From: Gammaproteobacteria bacterium
GTDB lineage: Bacteria > Pseudomonadota > Gammaproteobacteria > Burkholderiales > SG8-39
Reading direction: 5' to 3'
Assembly (NCBI GenBank): GCA_041476585.1
Contig: JBGOTT010000003.1
Span: 1-38,068 of the forward strand
DNA length: 38,068 bases
Part shown: positions 35,423 through 38,068 of the stretch, piece after piece
How positions within the stretch are numbered: the stretch's first letter is position 1
Layout of the letters: every line of letters begins with the position of its first letter
Notes under the pieces: generated by a model
Told to the model about the DNA's origin: nothing
The model's database searches: none
The model's input: the letters and a program-made list of their open reading frames with translations, nothing else
Translations under genes and position numbers: made by a program

Positions 35423-36832
35423 ATGTCTGACTCGCCCGCTGCGAAGTCCGGAATAAACGAGACGGCTGCGGCGGAGCGCCAGTCGCTTAGGTCTTTTCTG
35501 GCTGAACTGGAGCGTGAGCGGCAGCTGCTTCGAATCACCGAACCAGTCGATCCGGTGTTCGAAATTTCCTCTTACCTCGCGGAACTGGCCTACGGCCAGG
35601 CTGCATTATTCGAATCCGTACGGGGGCACCGGCTGCGCGCCGTTGGCAACGTCCTCAATTCTATGGAGCGGATCGCGCGCGGGCTCGCCGTCGAGCGGGC
35701 ATCGCTCCAAGCTAAGATTGTGCGCGCAGTTCGCTCGCCTCTGGCCCGACGCCTCGTGGAAGGCGCCCCGTGCCAGGAGGTAATGGTAGTCGATCCCGAT
35801 CTCGAGACCGAATTGCCGGTACCGCACTTTTTTCCTGGCGAATCGGGGCGTTACATCACCGCCGGCGCCATTGTCGCGAAAGACACAAAGACAGGAGGGA
35901 GAAACCTCTCCTTCGCGCGCCTAAAGCTTCGGGGCGGGTCTAGAGCGCTCATCGGGATTGCGCCAAGTCACCACTTGGCAGTGATGGCACGCGCCGCCAA
36001 GGCGCGCGGAGAAAAGCTGGATATCGCGGTGACCATTGGGAATCATCCGTGCGTTCTGATCGCCGCAGCGCTCTACCTAAACCTGGGCGACGATGAATTG
36101 GAGGTGGCCGGGGCGATTTTCGGTGAACCGATTGAGGTGGTTGCCTGCCGCAGCGTGGAGTTGGAAGTGCCGGCACAGTGCGAGATCGTACTTGAAGGAA
36201 CGCTCGATCCTGACGAAGAGGAGGCGGAAGGCAAAGTCTCGGAGTTCCACGGCATGTACGAGGACTACGGTTCCGGCGCGATCGTGCACTTTCATCGTCT
36301 GACACGACGCGCTGATGCGCTTTATCAGGTCATTCAGCCTGGCTACTATCCGGAGCACACACTTATCGGTGGCGTTTCCATCGCAGCTGCTCTCTTTCGT
36401 CGGCTCGCGGACGCTGCGGTGCCAGTGCGCGAAGTCGCGGTGGGCCATGGTGGTTGCGGGAGATTGCATGCGGTCGTAAGTCTCGCCCAATCGTCGGCCG
36501 GTGAACCAAAGAAAGCCATGCTCACGGCGTTCAACAGTGTCAATCTAGTGAAGATGGTGACCGTTGTAGACGCGGACATCGATCCTTGGGACCGCAATGA
36601 CGTGGAGTGGGCGATCAGTACCAGGATGAAGGCCGAGCGGGATCTTGTAGTGGTGCCCGGATCCCGCGCGGATCGTTCGGAACCGCTCAGCGGGTCCGGC
36701 ATGACCGCGAAGCTGGGCATCGATGCGACGCGAAAAGCTGGCGATCGTAGAGATTGGACGCGTGCTCTTCCTCCGGAAGATATTGCGCGGAGGGTCCGTG
36801 CGCGTCTGGCGGATCGAAAAGATTCGCGCTGA
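35423..36832 (+). CDS. UbiD-family (prFMN-dependent) decarboxylase
   Basis: SLRSFLAELE, DLETELPVPHFF..ESGRYITAG, RNLSFARL, VPAQCEIVLEG, EGKVSEFHGMY, VVDADIDPWD..DVEWAISTR, AKLGIDAT. Confidence 0.9.
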   Translation: MSDSPAAKSGINETAAAERQSLRSFLAELERERQLLRITEPVDPVFEISSYLAELAYGQAALFESVRGHRLRAVGNVLNSMERIARGLAVERASLQAKIVRAVRSPLARRLVEGAPCQEVMVVDPDLETELPVPHFFPGESGRYITAGAIVAKDTKTGGRNLSFARLKLRGGSRALIGIAPSHHLAVMARAAKARGEKLDIAVTIGNHPCVLIAAALYLNLGDDELEVAGAIFGEPIEVVACRSVELEVPAQCEIVLEGTLDPDEEEAEGKVSEFHGMYEDYGSGAIVHFHRLTRRADALYQVIQPGYYPEHTLIGGVSIAAALFRRLADAAVPVREVAVGHGGCGRLHAVVSLAQSSAGEPKKAMLTAFNSVNLVKMVTVVDADIDPWDRNDVEWAISTRMKAERDLVVVPGSRADRSEPLSGSGMTAKLGIDATRKAGDRRDWTRALPPEDIARRVRARLADRKDSR

Positions 36833-36847
36833 CCGAGGCACCGATCC

Positions 36848-37822
36848 CTAGTGGACCAGCGGCTTAGCGATCATGGGTAGCCGGCGAATGATGGAACGCA
36901 ACGCCGTCAGATAACCCGGATCGCTCACTCGAATGAGTTTGCGCAGTCGCTCGTTCGCGAGCGGCAGCAGGTAGAACGGTATTCCCGGGTACGCATGGTG
37001 CTCCACATGATAGGGCATGTTCCATGCAAAAAAGCGCACGAAACCGTTCGTGTAAGTGGTTCGAGTGTTGTTGTAGGGATCGGAGTTCTCCGCGCAGCCC
37101 GTGTGTTCGGCAAGGAGATAGTTGCGAATGAATATCTGTCCCGCCATTGCCGGAAGCACCCAAAGCCAAAGCAGTGCCGCGGTGTCGAGCCAGATTGAGA
37201 TCAGTATCGCAATTGCGTATCCAAGCACATAGACTCGCGCTTCGCGAACGATCAGCCGGCGATCTTCCACCGCTACCCACGGTTGGTCCACCCGACCGAC
37301 CACTGCATGAGTGGCAACGACGGCAACGCGCGTCCTCCAGTTCGGTAGGCCGGAGATGTGTATCAGATACTCAGAAAGCGTTGCCGGCTTGGGTCGCGCG
37401 AGTTCTGGGTCACGCTTCGCATCCTGGGTATACCGGTGATGATCCCAGTGAAAAATGCGAAACGCCTCGAAAGGCAGCAGCAGCAGGAAGCCGCAAAAAT
37501 GACCCAGCGCCGTATTCGCCCAGCGCGAGCGGAACGGCGTGTAGTGCGTGGCTTCATGCAACGCGCAAAAGAGAAAGCTCAATACGTAACCATGCAAGAA
37601 AATGGCCGGCCAAAGCCATAGCGTGGCCCGGGCGTAAAGAACCAACGAGCCAGTCACGAAAAGAGCGCCCAAATGCTCGATTAAGCGAATCGCCCCGGCG
37701 CTGTCGGAGCGAATCAAAAGAGCCTTTAGCTCCTCGGCGGATAGCCGCGGTAATCCGGCTGCTGGCAATTCGCCGCGTCGAGCCCCTGAAATATTTTCTA
37801 AGGTCATATGGCCTGCGAACAT
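36848..37822 (-). CDS. Membrane fatty-acid-desaturase-superfamily di-iron protein (MocD-like)
   Basis: His boxes HEATH, HWDHH and HVEHH, plus LLAEHTGC, NTRTT, WNMPYH; hydrophobic segments; GGAG RBS. Confidence 0.88.
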   Translation of the reverse strand: MFAGHMTLENISGARRGELPAAGLPRLSAEELKALLIRSDSAGAIRLIEHLGALFVTGSLVLYARATLWLWPAIFLHGYVLSFLFCALHEATHYTPFRSRWANTALGHFCGFLLLLPFEAFRIFHWDHHRYTQDAKRDPELARPKPATLSEYLIHISGLPNWRTRVAVVATHAVVGRVDQPWVAVEDRRLIVREARVYVLGYAIAILISIWLDTAALLWLWVLPAMAGQIFIRNYLLAEHTGCAENSDPYNNTRTTYTNGFVRFFAWNMPYHVEHHAYPGIPFYLLPLANERLRKLIRVSDPGYLTALRSIIRRLPMIAKPLVH

Positions 37823-37888
37823 GCTACTCCGTTTTCAATTGACGGGGCCAGGGCAAGGTGTTTGAATTCTCGGGTACATTCACTGGAT

Positions 37889-38068
37889 TACTCATAAGTC
37901 GATAATTTAGTCTACGATTCTGGAACCAATGAATACGATGCCGGTCGAACATGACATGAAGCTCGATGGCCGCACGCTCGATCACCAGACGCTCGAACAA
38001 ATACGCCGCATGGCGGTGCAACGCGTTCGCGAAGGCGAGAAGCCCGCGAAGGTCATCGCCTCGTTCGG
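37889..38068 (+). mobile_element. IS630-family insertion sequence, left end (runs off the window)
   Basis: An AT-rich end starting TA-CTCATAAGTCGATAAT is followed by a transposase N-terminus. The exact end is approximate. Confidence 0.65.
37956..38068 (+). CDS. IS630-family transposase, N-terminal part
   Basis: Translated by hand: MKLDGRTLDHQTLEQIRRMAVQRVREGEKPAKVIASF, a typical IS630 N-terminal HTH. Alternative in-frame ATGs lie at 37929 and 37938. Confidence 0.75.
   Translation, partial: MKLDGRTLDHQTLEQIRRMAVQRVREGEKPAKVIASF

Noticed and set aside
22683-36832. Archaeal-type mevalonate pathway (AcnX + UbiD)
   Set aside because: No HMG-CoA synthase/reductase, mevalonate kinase, isopentenyl phosphate kinase or UbiX; the genes lie in different modules.
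35030-36847. 11-bp direct repeat GGCACCGATCC (35030-35040 and 36837-36847) flanking the UbiD gene, suggesting a target-site duplication
   Set aside because: The left copy lies inside the continuous D-carbamoylase remnant reading frame (codons R-I-G-A), and 11-mer matches are expected by chance in GC-rich DNA of this length.
37828-37848. GGCCCCGTCAATTG (minus strand) as an IS6-like end
   Set aside because: Single copy with no partner or transposase; it runs into the RBS region of the desaturase-like gene.

Overview
GC-rich, Betaproteobacteria-like (Bug/TctC-rich) accessory catabolic region made of several modules separated by IS-end scars and gene fragments. (1) 1-6070: tail of a CocE/NonD hydrolase, two Bug/TctC receptors, and a TetR - CaiB/BaiF CoA-transferase - enoyl-CoA hydratase unit with a double palindromic operator. 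(2) 6122-11472: a chimeric hydrolase/amidase pseudogene and a complete Liv-type ABC importer, followed by an integrase remnant and an FMN-binding split-barrel gene. (3) 12953-27100: an intact unit with an IclR gene and two near-identical promoter/operator blocks. One block precedes a second Liv-type ABC importer plus an SDR. The other precedes a two-Cys racemase/isomerase, a Bug receptor, an FAD oxidoreductase, a split aconitase X, an atypical IlvD/Edd dehydratase and another Bug receptor. I know of no described pathway with this gene set, so it is the best candidate for a novel system. (4) 27100-27830: IS21-like and IS3-like ends around a tandem-XRE remnant. (5) 27893-37822: a divergent urocanase with no other hut genes, fragments of UbiD, flavin reductase, hydantoin racemase, hydantoinase and D-carbamoylase, a polar-amino-acid ABC importer, an atypical amidohydrolase, an intact UbiD and a membrane desaturase-like gene. 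This looks like a partly decayed N-heterocycle (imidazole/hydantoin) catabolic cluster. The window ends in an IS630-family transposase. No rRNA, tRNA or CRISPR was seen. All calls come from motif recognition by eye; no searches were run.
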